From positions 32,001 to 96,000 of the IMG/VR virus record IMGVR_UViG_3300021138_000007: a stretch of 64,000 nucleotides of DNA; one strand, 5' to 3'. The stretch is from a virus. A program made the position numbers and the translations under genes. Shown piece after piece: positions 19,246-29,537 of the stretch. Position 1 is the stretch's first letter; each line of letters opens with the position of its first letter. The notes beneath the pieces were generated by a model. It worked only from the letters and a program-made list of their open reading frames with translations, made no database searches and had not been told where the DNA came from.

Positions 19246-20553
19246 TTACTCTTCATCTTCATCTTCGATTTCTTGTTGATCTTGTTCTTCTTGATACTGC
19301 ATAATCACTTCGTCTGGAATTTCATATTCATCATCCACTTCTGGAGTATAAATCTTTTCAGAAGGATTATTCAAAGCATTATTAATGGCATCGACTGCCA
19401 TTGGAGTAAGCTTAAGCCTATTGCAAATCCATTCAAACGCTGTATCAGCTTTAACTCCCCTTGGCATTTTCAAAGGAGCAGGTTCTTTCTGCAACATTTC
19501 AATAAATTCAATAGCATCCTTAGATTCAAGAACTTCTCCAGTATCATCGTTAACATACTTAAATACTTTGCGAGTTTCTTTAATAAATTCTTTAGGTTTG
19601 CTATTTTTAGCTTTAAACATAAATTCATCAATAGGATTAGATTCTGCCTTACCAAACATAATAGGAAATTCGCACTTCAGACCTGGAGTGCCATATCTTG
19701 TTTTCATAACAAGCAGTTTTGACTTTCCACCAATGACTTCTTCTTTACCTTCATCATTTTTTCTCACAATTAAGCCTTCTTTGCCACCAATTTTATTGAT
19801 CCAAAGTCTCATGTGCGTAAAGTAATTAATAGAATTACCGCCAGAACTACCTAATTGGAATGTTCCTTTTTGCTTACCAGAACTAATATATAGCTGATTG
19901 ATATAAACACAAATCGTCCCAGCTTTAGCGCATTCAGCAACTAAACGACTAGACAAACGTTTCATGAATCTTGCGTGAATACCAATAGTTTGAGCATCGC
20001 CCAATGTTTTTACATATTCTTCTGATGGAATTAATGCTGTGATAGAGTCTACTACAACAACATCATATAAACCACTAGATACAACAAATTTAATCATTTC
20101 ACCATATTGCTCTGCTGTAGCAATATTTTCAAATAGTGTGAAAAGATTAGGATCATAGATTTTTACGCCCAAACTTTCTGCGCGTGGAGGATAAAATGAG
20201 TTTTCAATATTAAAAAAGCAAGCTCGTTTTCCTTCTGCATTTGCTTGTGCCATTAATTTATAGGCAAGATAAGTTTTACCCGACTGAGATTCTCCACAAA
20301 ACTCAATAAGTGTGCCTTTAGGAATGCCCATGCCTTCACCAAGTACAGCATCTACTTCCATTTGTCCTGTAGATAAGAATTCAACTGGGATATATCCACC
20401 GCCCATCTTTAAACAATTTTTATCTATGTTTAAAGATTTCATCTTTGCTTCCATGTTTTTTACAAAATCAAGGAATTGCGATTGGCTTGTATCTTTATCT
20501 GCCTTGGGTTTTTCTGATTTTTTACCTTTATCGTCTTTTGCCATTATATTCAC
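19246..20553 (-). CDS. recA: RecA recombinase
   Basis: STG...GIPKG..IEFCGESQSGKT, VVVDSITAL, INQ, SSGG. Confidence 0.92.
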   Translation of the reverse strand: MNIMAKDDKGKKSEKPKADKDTSQSQFLDFVKNMEAKMKSLNIDKNCLKMGGGYIPVEFLSTGQMEVDAVLGEGMGIPKGTLIEFCGESQSGKTYLAYKLMAQANAEGKRACFFNIENSFYPPRAESLGVKIYDPNLFTLFENIATAEQYGEMIKFVVSSGLYDVVVVDSITALIPSEEYVKTLGDAQTIGIHARFMKRLSSRLVAECAKAGTICVYINQLYISSGKQKGTFQLGSSGGNSINYFTHMRLWINKIGGKEGLIVRKNDEGKEEVIGGKSKLLVMKTRYGTPGLKCEFPIMFGKAESNPIDEFMFKAKNSKPKEFIKETRKVFKYVNDDTGEVLESKDAIEFIEMLQKEPAPLKMPRGVKADTAFEWICNRLKLTPMAVDAINNALNNPSEKIYTPEVDDEYEIPDEVIMQYQEEQDQQEIEDEDEE

Positions 20554-20570
20554 CTAAATTTAGAATGTTA

Positions 20571-20600
20571 AAAGTATAGCCAGAATTCTGGCTATACTTT
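20571..20600 (-). terminator. Intrinsic terminator after putative ssb
   Basis: AAAGTATAGCCAGAA/TTCTGGCTATACTTT palindrome. Confidence 0.7.
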
Positions 20601-20610
20601 TGTTTAGAGA

Positions 20611-21615
20611 TTAACCCCAGACTTCATCTTCTTCACTGCTTTCTTCGCTGAAAGGATTAGACTCCTCTGCTACTGTCGCAGTTTTAGCTTTAGCCTTTGC
20701 AGGCTTAGATGCTACTGGTGCTACGGTGGATTCGCTATCTTCGTCTTCGTCAGCATTAGCAGTAATAGTCATTTCATGTGACTTTGTGCTTTCTTCTGTG
20801 GTTCGGATTGGTGCGAACTTATAGATGCGCGATAATGGGTATCCATAGGTGTAGAAATCTTCCCAATCTGGGAATGGAGTATCTGCGAGATTGTACTCTG
20901 CGTCTTTACGAAGTTTAGCATCTTCTGCTTTTTCAGCAAGATATTCGCTTCGCTTTTCTTCCAATTCTTCTGGCTTAGGCTCATTGATTTTTCGGAACAT
21001 CTCAATTTCTTCATCTGTTAATCGAGTTTTCTTGTTCTTAATATTTACTTCATACTCAACCTTGCCGATCTTTTTGTCATTGTACTTAGCAATGATTTCA
21101 ATTTCATGTGCATATCGTCCGCCCATAAATGTGATAAGCTTATCGCTATCATCATACTTTTCCTTAACATTTTCGCGGTGGTTGGCAAGCTCTGCCTTGG
21201 TAATTTCTTTAAAAATAGAACTACCCTTCTTGAGAATCTTAGGTACAGAAGTACCGTCAGGAAGTCTTAAAAGACAATTTTGAGCGTACTGAGGATTAGG
21301 TCGATAACCCAATGCATACCAAGGACATTCGTCCTTGTTCTTTAAACCAACACGAGTGAGCGACTTATTAAGCTCTGCATCTGGGAAAGGAACAGCGGTT
21401 GGAGTTGTTTTGCCATCTTTATTAGGATCGGGCAATTCTTGAAGATTGTTATATTCAACAAAATCAATAGGAAAACCAACAAGGCGAATCGTAACTTCTT
21501 TAGTTTCTCCCTTGCCTACTTTAAGATCAAGTAGAGAATCTTTGAGAGATGTGCGATTGTTGTTTGAATTAGTTCGTTCTTGAACTGATTTGGGTGTAAC
21601 TGTACGTATTGACAT
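20611..21615 (-). CDS. Putative single-stranded DNA-binding protein (phage type)
   Basis: OB-like beta core, long acidic tail ending EEDEVWG, strong SD, own terminator, adjacent to recA. Confidence 0.6.
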   Translation of the reverse strand: MSIRTVTPKSVQERTNSNNNRTSLKDSLLDLKVGKGETKEVTIRLVGFPIDFVEYNNLQELPDPNKDGKTTPTAVPFPDAELNKSLTRVGLKNKDECPWYALGYRPNPQYAQNCLLRLPDGTSVPKILKKGSSIFKEITKAELANHRENVKEKYDDSDKLITFMGGRYAHEIEIIAKYNDKKIGKVEYEVNIKNKKTRLTDEEIEMFRKINEPKPEELEEKRSEYLAEKAEDAKLRKDAEYNLADTPFPDWEDFYTYGYPLSRIYKFAPIRTTEESTKSHEMTITANADEDEDSESTVAPVASKPAKAKAKTATVAEESNPFSEESSEEDEVWG

Positions 21616-21862
21616 ATATTTCTCCTTTGAGTCAGTAATTGATTATAACGCTATCTGATTTTTGGAATCAATTGATTCTACAGACTTTGCATTTTTCGAT
21701 TACTCTGGACTAATTATCGTGCTTTTTTCTAAATTTCATTACTGATTTTTAGAATATGTGAATTTTTTACTTCACATTATTATTTTCTACAAATGAATAG
21801 TTTTATCCTTTACATTTGTAGAAAATAATTAATATTATTATGGAAATATTTTCCATAAATTG

Positions 21863-22636
21863 TTAAACTAAATTACGAGTTTTGATTTTTATTTCGGGTT
21901 TTTTATTAAAACCAACAGATTTATTTCTGTTAAATCCAACATCGACATATTTATCATCTTTTGACTTTTCGTATTCATCATCTAACATACGATTATAAGA
22001 TACTGCATTTCCAATATTAACATCATTATTGTTAATTTTTGCTATATTATGTCTTTCATACATCAGACTTTTCATATTTTCAGATGCAAAAGTTAAGCTG
22101 GATTTACATTCAATTAAATACTTTAATTGCGCTTTTGCATTTGTTGCTAACGCAAGCCATGTAAATACCATAAATGAAGCATTTGCATCTTTATCACCCT
22201 TTGTTCCAGTATAAAGTTTATGGGCCATTTCTTTAAGCGATTTATGTGCTTCATTTAAGAATTCACTTCTTCTATATGCAATATCAATCAATGTAGTTAA
22301 TCGGAAATTATATGCTATCAATCTTGAATAAGTTTCAGCAATGTCTTCATATTCTGTATTAACTTCACTTGGAATTGAAAAATCCCAAGAAGAAATCTCA
22401 GCTTCAATTTGATCTCTCTCAAATGTGGGCATCATTTCATATATATTTTGACACATTTTAACACATTCTACATATTCTTCTTTTGTTATGCCTTTTAATC
22501 TATTTTTGGCTTCTGATGTAAAATCATATGTACTGCCATATAAATCTAATGGCTCTATTTCAATTTTAGGCTCTTCAAGAATGTCTTGAGATTGATCAAT
22601 CTCAAGACATTCTTCTTCTAATTCTTCATCTAACAT
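21863..22636 (-). CDS. Hypothetical helical/coiled-coil protein
   Basis: 257-aa ORF abutting the dnaE stop. Confidence 0.55.
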   Translation of the reverse strand: MLDEELEEECLEIDQSQDILEEPKIEIEPLDLYGSTYDFTSEAKNRLKGITKEEYVECVKMCQNIYEMMPTFERDQIEAEISSWDFSIPSEVNTEYEDIAETYSRLIAYNFRLTTLIDIAYRRSEFLNEAHKSLKEMAHKLYTGTKGDKDANASFMVFTWLALATNAKAQLKYLIECKSSLTFASENMKSLMYERHNIAKINNNDVNIGNAVSYNRMLDDEYEKSKDDKYVDVGFNRNKSVGFNKKPEIKIKTRNLV

Positions 22637-25600
22637 TTATTCATCTCCAAAGAAATTACGTGTATTGATACGAGGTTTGGTTTTCTTCACAATTGGATTG
22701 CGAATACTTGTGCGCTCATTTTTAGACGCAATACTATCTAAATCATCAGAATCATTAATTAAAGAATCTGTGGATTTGTATTTCATATTGGCTTGTTTTT
22801 TAAGGCGTTTTTCTTCTTCTCCGCGAATATGAACTAATTCGTCCCAAATTTCCATAAAAACTTCTGTTTCAGTTGTTTTCGATGCTTCAGGGAAACAATC
22901 TAAAGCTCCACCAATAAATAATGATTCAACTGTTCCTCTATTTGGCCTTGCAACCCAACAAAGTTGTTTGAGCGATTCATAAGGTTGATTAGCAATAATA
23001 GTTTCTGCCATACTACCAACACCCTTAATTGATGTTAGGGGCATAAGAATGTCACCATGTTTATTAACGGTTGTTTGCATACCAGATTCATTAACATTTG
23101 GATTCAAAACATTGATCCGCTCCGTTTTACATTCTTTTTCATAAATAGCCTTCTTTGTTTCATCATTCTGATCTGTCTGCAAACATGCTGCCATCCATTC
23201 CGAAGGATAGTAATATCTCAGCCATGCAGTCCAATAAGAAAGAATCGCATAAGCACAAGCATGTGATCTATTAAAAGCATAACCACTAAATTTTTCCATT
23301 AATTGAAGCAAATTATTCACAACTTGCGCATCTACTCCACGAGCAATAGCTTTTTCTCTAAATAATTTGGTGATCTTATCAAAAAGCACAGGGTCTTTCT
23401 TTGACACAGCCTTTCTTAGTTTATCTGTTTCATCCCAGTCAAATCCTGCAAGATCACGAGCTAAAAACATAGCTTGCTCCTGATATACCATGATGCCATA
23501 GGTAACTTCAAGATGTTTTTTAATGATAGGATGATCATATTTAATAGCATCAGGATTTTTCTTACCAAGAGCATAATCTGGGATGTAAGCCATAGGGCCA
23601 GGACGATAAAGCGCGGCAACTGCAATTAAGTCTTCAGTATTAGAAGCATTAACATCTTGTAATGCTTTTTGCATTCCGCCTGAAGCAAATTGGAATACAG
23701 TTGATGTTTTACCTGTGGCATAAATATTTTTGAACACTTTAGGGTCTTCAAGAGGAATATCTGCGGGATCAATATCTTTACCGTGACGTTTTTTAATTAA
23801 TTCCAAAGCATATGACAATGTGTGTAAAGTCGAAAGCCCTAAATAGTCGTATTTTACAGCACCAACACGTTCTACACTTTTCATATCGTAGCCTGAACAT
23901 AAAGTGCCTTTAGAGTTTTCGATAGGTACATGATTACATAATGAATCATTAGCAATTAAAATACCACCAGCATGAACACCTAAATTGGAAATGGTTCCAA
24001 CAAGTTTACGTGCAATTGCAATTTCTTCTGGATATTGACGTGCCCAAGATGCAAATTCAGGACTTTCCTGTAAAGCGTCGTCTAATGTTGTGCCAGGTCT
24101 GCCAGGAATGGTCTTACTGACAACTTGAGCCATTTGGTGTGTTTTGTCTTTCCATTTGGCATTAAACTTTTCTGATGTCTTTAAAACGCCAATAACAGCG
24201 GCTTTAGCACCATAAGTGCCCCAGGTACCAATATTCTTTACTTTATCCTGTCCAAAATAAGAAGAGGCCCATGCAAATGCTTCACTTCTACGAGAATCGT
24301 CAATGTCCGTATCTACGTCAGGAAGAGTCGCAACTTTCTTGACTTTTAATCCACTTTCTGGCTTTTCATCTGTAATACCAAGAAAATATGCAATCCATGA
24401 ATTAGATTCATTCTTTTGCTTAGTGATTCCAGAGTTTGAAAGATGATTCATGTATGTAGCTAAACCTTGATTCTCTAAAACCCAAATTTCTTTATGAATT
24501 GCAGGCATATGAGATTCATATTCAGGATCATTTGATTTCTCTTTAACAATTTCTTTGAGTCGCCTAACAGCTTCACTTTGATCTTCTTTGCCCTTCTGTT
24601 CTTGATATTCTTTTACAGGCATCACGCTAAAATCAATTTTATATTGTTCGCCACGCCCAGGATTTAAAAATCTTTCAAACATCAAGTTCCATCGAATGGG
24701 ATCAACAGAGCAAACTTCTAATAGATAATTTAATAAACTACCCACTCCACTGCCACGAATGCCATAACGAATATTAGATTTCTTCATAAAGCATACCATT
24801 TCGTATTCAATTAAGAAGTAGTCCACAACACCCATGTTACAAACGGTTTCCCATTCATACTTCATTCGTTTGATGTATGTCGAATTTTTATCTAAACCCA
24901 ATCTCTTTAAACCATTAAATGCCAAATAAGCGAGATAAGCTTCATTTGGTTTATAATACTTAAGATTTCTTTGCCACCATGCTCGAAAATCTTCATCATT
25001 CATAGGAACATAAGCAGAAGGCAACAAATGAGGCACATCGAGTTTCATAAAATCCTCAACTCGATCTGTTAAGTTTAAAGTATTATCCAATGAATATGGC
25101 ACACTAGAAAAAATATTTTCCATTTCATTTCTGGTTTTCAAATGAAAGTTATGTGTTCCATACGCTTCTTTCTTGCCATTTTTCTTGCCAGCGATTCTAT
25201 CTTGTGATAAATCACGCATTTGGATTAGAACATCATGAATCTGCCAATCCTTTTGTTCCAAATAATGAACATCATTCGATGCAACCACTGGGATATCATA
25301 TTTTTTACCCAATTCTAAAAGTTTAGGCAAGTTATGTTCTTGTTCTGGAATGCCGTGATTTTGTATTTCGATATAGTATCTATCTCCAAAAACATCTAAA
25401 AATCGTTCTGCTACTGATTCTGCCTTCTTTTCTCCGTGTCGCAATAGAGCTTGATTTAATTCACTTGCAAGACAACCTGAAAGAGCAATAATGCCTTCAT
25501 TATGTTCCTCAATAACTTTCCAATCAACACGAGGATCATAGTAGTATCCAACTTCGGCACCAATAGAGGCAATATTCAAAAGATTACGATAACCCTTCTC

Positions 25601-25939
25601 ATTCATTGCCAATAGAGTTAAGTGATTGTGTTTAGGTCTTCCAACTGTGCCATCTTCTCTTTCTGCATGTTCTTTGAATGTCATATCAGGACAAGTGTAT
25701 ACTTCACAACCGATAATAGGTTTAATGGGGTCAGTTGCACCATCGTCTGCACGACAGGCTTCTACGAATTCAACTACTCCGCCCATTCGACCATGATCTG
25801 TAATGGCAGAAGCAATAAAACCTTCAGCCCTGGCTTTTTTAGCATAGTTCTTAGGGGAAGGCAAAGCATCTTGCACACTATAATGAGTGTGCGCATGTAA
25901 ATGTACAAATTCTTGTTTACACATATTATTATTCTCCAC
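22637..25939 (-). CDS. dnaE: DNA polymerase III alpha subunit
   Basis: PHP (HLHAHTHYS, TDHG, SNDVHY), RGSG, FERFLNP, PDVDTD, HAGG, YRPGPM, YQEQ, YAFNRSH. Confidence 0.97.
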   Translation of the reverse strand: MENNNMCKQEFVHLHAHTHYSVQDALPSPKNYAKKARAEGFIASAITDHGRMGGVVEFVEACRADDGATDPIKPIIGCEVYTCPDMTFKEHAEREDGTVGRPKHNHLTLLAMNEKGYRNLLNIASIGAEVGYYYDPRVDWKVIEEHNEGIIALSGCLASELNQALLRHGEKKAESVAERFLDVFGDRYYIEIQNHGIPEQEHNLPKLLELGKKYDIPVVASNDVHYLEQKDWQIHDVLIQMRDLSQDRIAGKKNGKKEAYGTHNFHLKTRNEMENIFSSVPYSLDNTLNLTDRVEDFMKLDVPHLLPSAYVPMNDEDFRAWWQRNLKYYKPNEAYLAYLAFNGLKRLGLDKNSTYIKRMKYEWETVCNMGVVDYFLIEYEMVCFMKKSNIRYGIRGSGVGSLLNYLLEVCSVDPIRWNLMFERFLNPGRGEQYKIDFSVMPVKEYQEQKGKEDQSEAVRRLKEIVKEKSNDPEYESHMPAIHKEIWVLENQGLATYMNHLSNSGITKQKNESNSWIAYFLGITDEKPESGLKVKKVATLPDVDTDIDDSRRSEAFAWASSYFGQDKVKNIGTWGTYGAKAAVIGVLKTSEKFNAKWKDKTHQMAQVVSKTIPGRPGTTLDDALQESPEFASWARQYPEEIAIARKLVGTISNLGVHAGGILIANDSLCNHVPIENSKGTLCSGYDMKSVERVGAVKYDYLGLSTLHTLSYALELIKKRHGKDIDPADIPLEDPKVFKNIYATGKTSTVFQFASGGMQKALQDVNASNTEDLIAVAALYRPGPMAYIPDYALGKKNPDAIKYDHPIIKKHLEVTYGIMVYQEQAMFLARDLAGFDWDETDKLRKAVSKKDPVLFDKITKLFREKAIARGVDAQVVNNLLQLMEKFSGYAFNRSHACAYAILSYWTAWLRYYYPSEWMAACLQTDQNDETKKAIYEKECKTERINVLNPNVNESGMQTTVNKHGDILMPLTSIKGVGSMAETIIANQPYESLKQLCWVARPNRGTVESLFIGGALDCFPEASKTTETEVFMEIWDELVHIRGEEEKRLKKQANMKYKSTDSLINDSDDLDSIASKNERTSIRNPIVKKTKPRINTRNFFGDE

Positions 25940-25977
25940 AGACGCCGTTGTTAGCGGTCATACATCTGTCTTAATTA

Positions 25978-26952
25978 TTATCGTTCTATTTTTCTCTTTT
26001 TTATGGAATTCTGGACAATATTTGTAGTATGCATATTTCTCCATATTCTGGCTTTAAAATCATGTCTTTGATTGCTAATACAATATGGTGATAGCATTTT
26101 TCCATTTAATATTTTCTTAGAATCCAAGTTGTAAATTTTATCTGTAAATTGTTTTGCATTAATCAAGTCATATGATTTCATATCTTTAGGTCTATGTTTT
26201 AATGGCAATCTTTGAAATTCTGGGAAAATATATGTATTGCCTAATTGTTCAACAATACCCCAATTTTCATTTACTGGCACAATTCTAGCTCCAGTGCCAA
26301 AGCATTTTAATTCGTCAAATTGCTTTGAAATTTGTTGGTATGCTTTATGTTCTGATTTTAATTTCCAATTTTCATATTTATGTAAATGATCACAAGTTGC
26401 CAATGCTGTTTTGACAGTTCTTATGCTTAAGCCAGTCCATTCGGCGATTGAAGCCGCAGTTACTGGACGACGATCTTTAAATCGTGCCGCTATTAACCCC
26501 ACTAAAAGATATTTGATGTTAGTGCTATTTGGATGTATTTCAGTGTATGGATCATTCCAAACATATTTTAAAGGTATAGAAAATGGTTCTATACGAGGCA
26601 TTGTTGGATTTAAATATTTCACTACATTTTTTACGCCTATTAATGAACAGATTTTTTGTCCATTTTTTCCACCTGGTTTATTCCAATATTTGCCAGCACC
26701 ATCTTGTATTATTTGATAAGCATATTTTTCAGTAATACCTAAAACATAGGTCAAAATTTCCAGCATTGCCTTTAAATTGAACATGCCATTTCCTCTGTGG
26801 TTAATGCCCGAAGAGTTTGCTTCTTTTATTTGATCTAAAGACCTTAAAACTGTCCAGCACGAATACAAATCATGTTCTTTTTTTAATAAAGCTGCTGCTG
26901 CTAATTCGGGATAAAATACAATTTGGCATTCAGATAGTTGATTATTTTTCAA
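25978..26952 (-). CDS. Hypothetical basic protein with possible HTH
   Basis: VTAASIAEWTGLSIRTVKTAL. Confidence 0.5.
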   Translation of the reverse strand: MKNNQLSECQIVFYPELAAAALLKKEHDLYSCWTVLRSLDQIKEANSSGINHRGNGMFNLKAMLEILTYVLGITEKYAYQIIQDGAGKYWNKPGGKNGQKICSLIGVKNVVKYLNPTMPRIEPFSIPLKYVWNDPYTEIHPNSTNIKYLLVGLIAARFKDRRPVTAASIAEWTGLSIRTVKTALATCDHLHKYENWKLKSEHKAYQQISKQFDELKCFGTGARIVPVNENWGIVEQLGNTYIFPEFQRLPLKHRPKDMKSYDLINAKQFTDKIYNLDSKKILNGKMLSPYCISNQRHDFKARIWRNMHTTNIVQNSIKKRKIER

Positions 26953-27266
26953 TTATTATTTTCCTCCTGCAAAGAAAGCCAAACATTAGCCATTCGTTCT
27001 AATTCCTTTTCAGCGCCTGATATAAGTAAATAAGCCAATGCTTCGCCTTCTGATAAATTTTGAGCCGCACTGACCATTTTTTGTGCCATAGCTACTCTTC
27101 CAGCAAATGGGGCTAAAACAGTTAAACTTAATCCTATTTTATCAGGTGGTTGTAAAGATAGTTCGCGTAATTCTTCTGCTAATTTACCGACTTTATTATT
27201 GTCATTTTTGGATTGTTGTGATTTAGAAGTTTTTTCTTTAACAACTACTGGTTTCGATTTCATCAT
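26949..27266 (-). CDS. Hypothetical protein
   Basis: 105-aa ORF within the replication operon. Confidence 0.5.
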   Translation of the reverse strand: MMKSKPVVVKEKTSKSQQSKNDNNKVGKLAEELRELSLQPPDKIGLSLTVLAPFAGRVAMAQKMVSAAQNLSEGEALAYLLISGAEKELERMANVWLSLQEENNN

Positions 27267-27951
27267 TTTTATGTTCCTCTTTATATCTTTTCAGATGTTC
27301 ACGAATAGTTGTACCGATTTCTTTCCAAATTTTATTAAGTTCTTTATGATTTTCATTCATCATTGCATCGTCAATGCGAGAATAGATTTCATCAACAATT
27401 GCAATTTCTTCTGGATCATAATTAACTTTTCTTTCAAAATCTTTAAGTCTTTGCGCTGTTGAACGTAAATACTCTACTTCACTAATTGCACCTGGTAAAT
27501 CAGTTTCTCCACTTCTATATTTTAATTGTTCGTCAAACAAACTTTCTATTTGACGAACAATTCTTCCACGGTTTGCATCATCATCAAGATTTAATTCAAA
27601 GTTGGTGATTTCAGCAAGTTTAATAACTGCTTCAAAAAAAGATAATCCTTCTACAGCTCGAATGAAATTTAATATATTCCCCTTTTGACCACATCCAAAA
27701 CAATTGTATCTTCCTTCTTCTGGATTAACTCCGAAAGAAGGAGTACTATCTCTATGATTTGGCATAGGGCAATTGCTAGAATACCAGCCATTTGAACCTG
27801 GCATAAGTAATAAATCATATTCATTAACTAAAATATCAACAATGTTTGCTGATGCAAGTAATTCTTGAATTAAATGATCAGAAACTTGATTTAGTTTTTT
27901 ACGATTTATTTTTTCTTCGCCTAAAATTTCTTTAACAGTTAATTTTTTCAT
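27238..27951 (-). CDS. Stand-alone primase CHC2 zinc-finger domain protein
   Basis: CPMPNHRDSTPSF...YNCFGCGQKGNILNFI...LSFFEAV. Confidence 0.9.
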   Translation of the reverse strand: MKKLTVKEILGEEKINRKKLNQVSDHLIQELLASANIVDILVNEYDLLLMPGSNGWYSSNCPMPNHRDSTPSFGVNPEEGRYNCFGCGQKGNILNFIRAVEGLSFFEAVIKLAEITNFELNLDDDANRGRIVRQIESLFDEQLKYRSGETDLPGAISEVEYLRSTAQRLKDFERKVNYDPEEIAIVDEIYSRIDDAMMNENHKELNKIWKEIGTTIREHLKRYKEEHKNDEIETSSC

Positions 27952-27954
27952 AAA

Positions 27955-29487
27955 TTATGTCCAATTATCTTCATCTATTTCATTGATTTCATCGTCGCTT
28001 GGTAAATGTAATATCAAGTCGTCCATCGAAGTGTCTTCTTCCACAGTATTATGAACTTTTTTAACTCTGTTGTCACTTGAACTTGACGAAGTTGCTGATT
28101 CTCTGCGCAAATGTTCTGGCTGATCTTCTTCTGGAATGGGATATATTCTATTATAAACTGGATCAACCCTTGCCGCGAAAGGATCAAACATCGCATCACG
28201 CATCTTAACAGGATGATAAATATTTCTACCAAACTGCTTGTCAGGTTCTACTCCAATTACAAAGTGAGCAAGGTGAATTAATCTTTGATCTCCAGATGCC
28301 GCATCTTGGAAAAATCCAGATGCTTTACCGTTTTCTTTACGTTGTCTGCTTTCTTTAATTGCTTCTCGGTTTACCTGTTGTGCAGTTAAGAACGGAATTT
28401 GATATCTTTTAGCTAACGCAAAAAGTTTTTCAACAGCATCGCCCTGTTTTTCCCAAGGTTTTGCGTCTCTTCTTGAAGTGCGTGTTGTCATATTCCCAAT
28501 ATAGTCAACAACTACCATATCTGGCATGCCTTTAGTCGCAATTAATTCTTTAATTCTAGAATCAATATATTCAGGAGTTGGGTCTTCCATATTGACATCG
28601 TATTCAAAATAGGGAGAAGTATCATTACACATTTTCTCTATCATATTAATGATACGATAATCATCTTTGGGTGTTGATTTTAAATCACGATATGGAACTT
28701 CATACATTAAAGACAAATGTCTTAATAAACAAAGCCAAAGCGACATTTCAAATGAAAAATAAAGTATCTTTTTGCCATATACTTGATTGGCATACAATGC
28801 CCAGTTTAACATTTGAATACTTTTACCACCAGAAGAAGGGGCCAAAAGAACAATAAGTTGCCCTGGCATCCAACCTAAAGTCACATCATCAATTTGGGGC
28901 AATCCGCAAGGAATACCTCTAAATTTATCTGGATGATTGGCTCTTTTCTCGAATTCCTCTTTAAAGTAAGGAGCGGCTTCAGAAATATCTAAACTCTGTT
29001 TGTCAACAATAAATTCGCTTTTCATATCTCGAATAGTTTCAAGACGTTCTTGGCACATTGATAAACACTCTTCTATACCTTTATCAATCAAATATTCATG
29101 AGCATCTTTGAACATTTCATTCATTAATTTCATGCAATATCTATCTTTCAACTGTGTTATAATTTCATACAAATCATTTTCATCGACATCAATTTCTTCT
29201 AATTTTGCCCAAAGTGTGATATATTTACCACGACTTTTATCTTTAACTTGTTCTTCAATTAATCTGTTTTCTAAAACCAATTGAGTCATCAATGATCCGC
29301 CAGATTTCTCATAATAATCTCGCAATAATCCAAATAATTTTGAATGATGACTAACTTTTGAACCCTCTTGAACAAATTGAAAATGGTCCGCTGTAATATT
29401 ACAAGCAAGCATTCTATCAACAGCTTTAGCGCTAGTTGTCAAATGTCGCAATGCAATTAGTTCTAATTCTTCTTGATCTAATTTCAT
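27955..29487 (-). CDS. dnaB: Replicative helicase, DnaB-like
   Basis: APSSGGKS, FSFEM, VVVDYI, AQQVNR, KMR. Confidence 0.92.
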   Translation of the reverse strand: MKLDQEELELIALRHLTTSAKAVDRMLACNITADHFQFVQEGSKVSHHSKLFGLLRDYYEKSGGSLMTQLVLENRLIEEQVKDKSRGKYITLWAKLEEIDVDENDLYEIITQLKDRYCMKLMNEMFKDAHEYLIDKGIEECLSMCQERLETIRDMKSEFIVDKQSLDISEAAPYFKEEFEKRANHPDKFRGIPCGLPQIDDVTLGWMPGQLIVLLAPSSGGKSIQMLNWALYANQVYGKKILYFSFEMSLWLCLLRHLSLMYEVPYRDLKSTPKDDYRIINMIEKMCNDTSPYFEYDVNMEDPTPEYIDSRIKELIATKGMPDMVVVDYIGNMTTRTSRRDAKPWEKQGDAVEKLFALAKRYQIPFLTAQQVNREAIKESRQRKENGKASGFFQDAASGDQRLIHLAHFVIGVEPDKQFGRNIYHPVKMRDAMFDPFAARVDPVYNRIYPIPEEDQPEHLRRESATSSSSSDNRVKKVHNTVEEDTSMDDLILHLPSDDEINEIDEDNWT

Positions 29488-29537
29488 ATTAATCCTCTAC
29501 TCGGTTTGTTAATTTTTAGCAGATAAACCGAGATTTT

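Noticed and set aside
19222-19825. Plus-strand ORFs of 166 and 146 aa
   Set aside because: Antisense to recA with no coding signals; the same applies to most short opposite-strand ORFs in the track
24330-24652. Intein or intron in dnaE
   Set aside because: No C/S/A start, HN end or splicing blocks, and the frame is continuous
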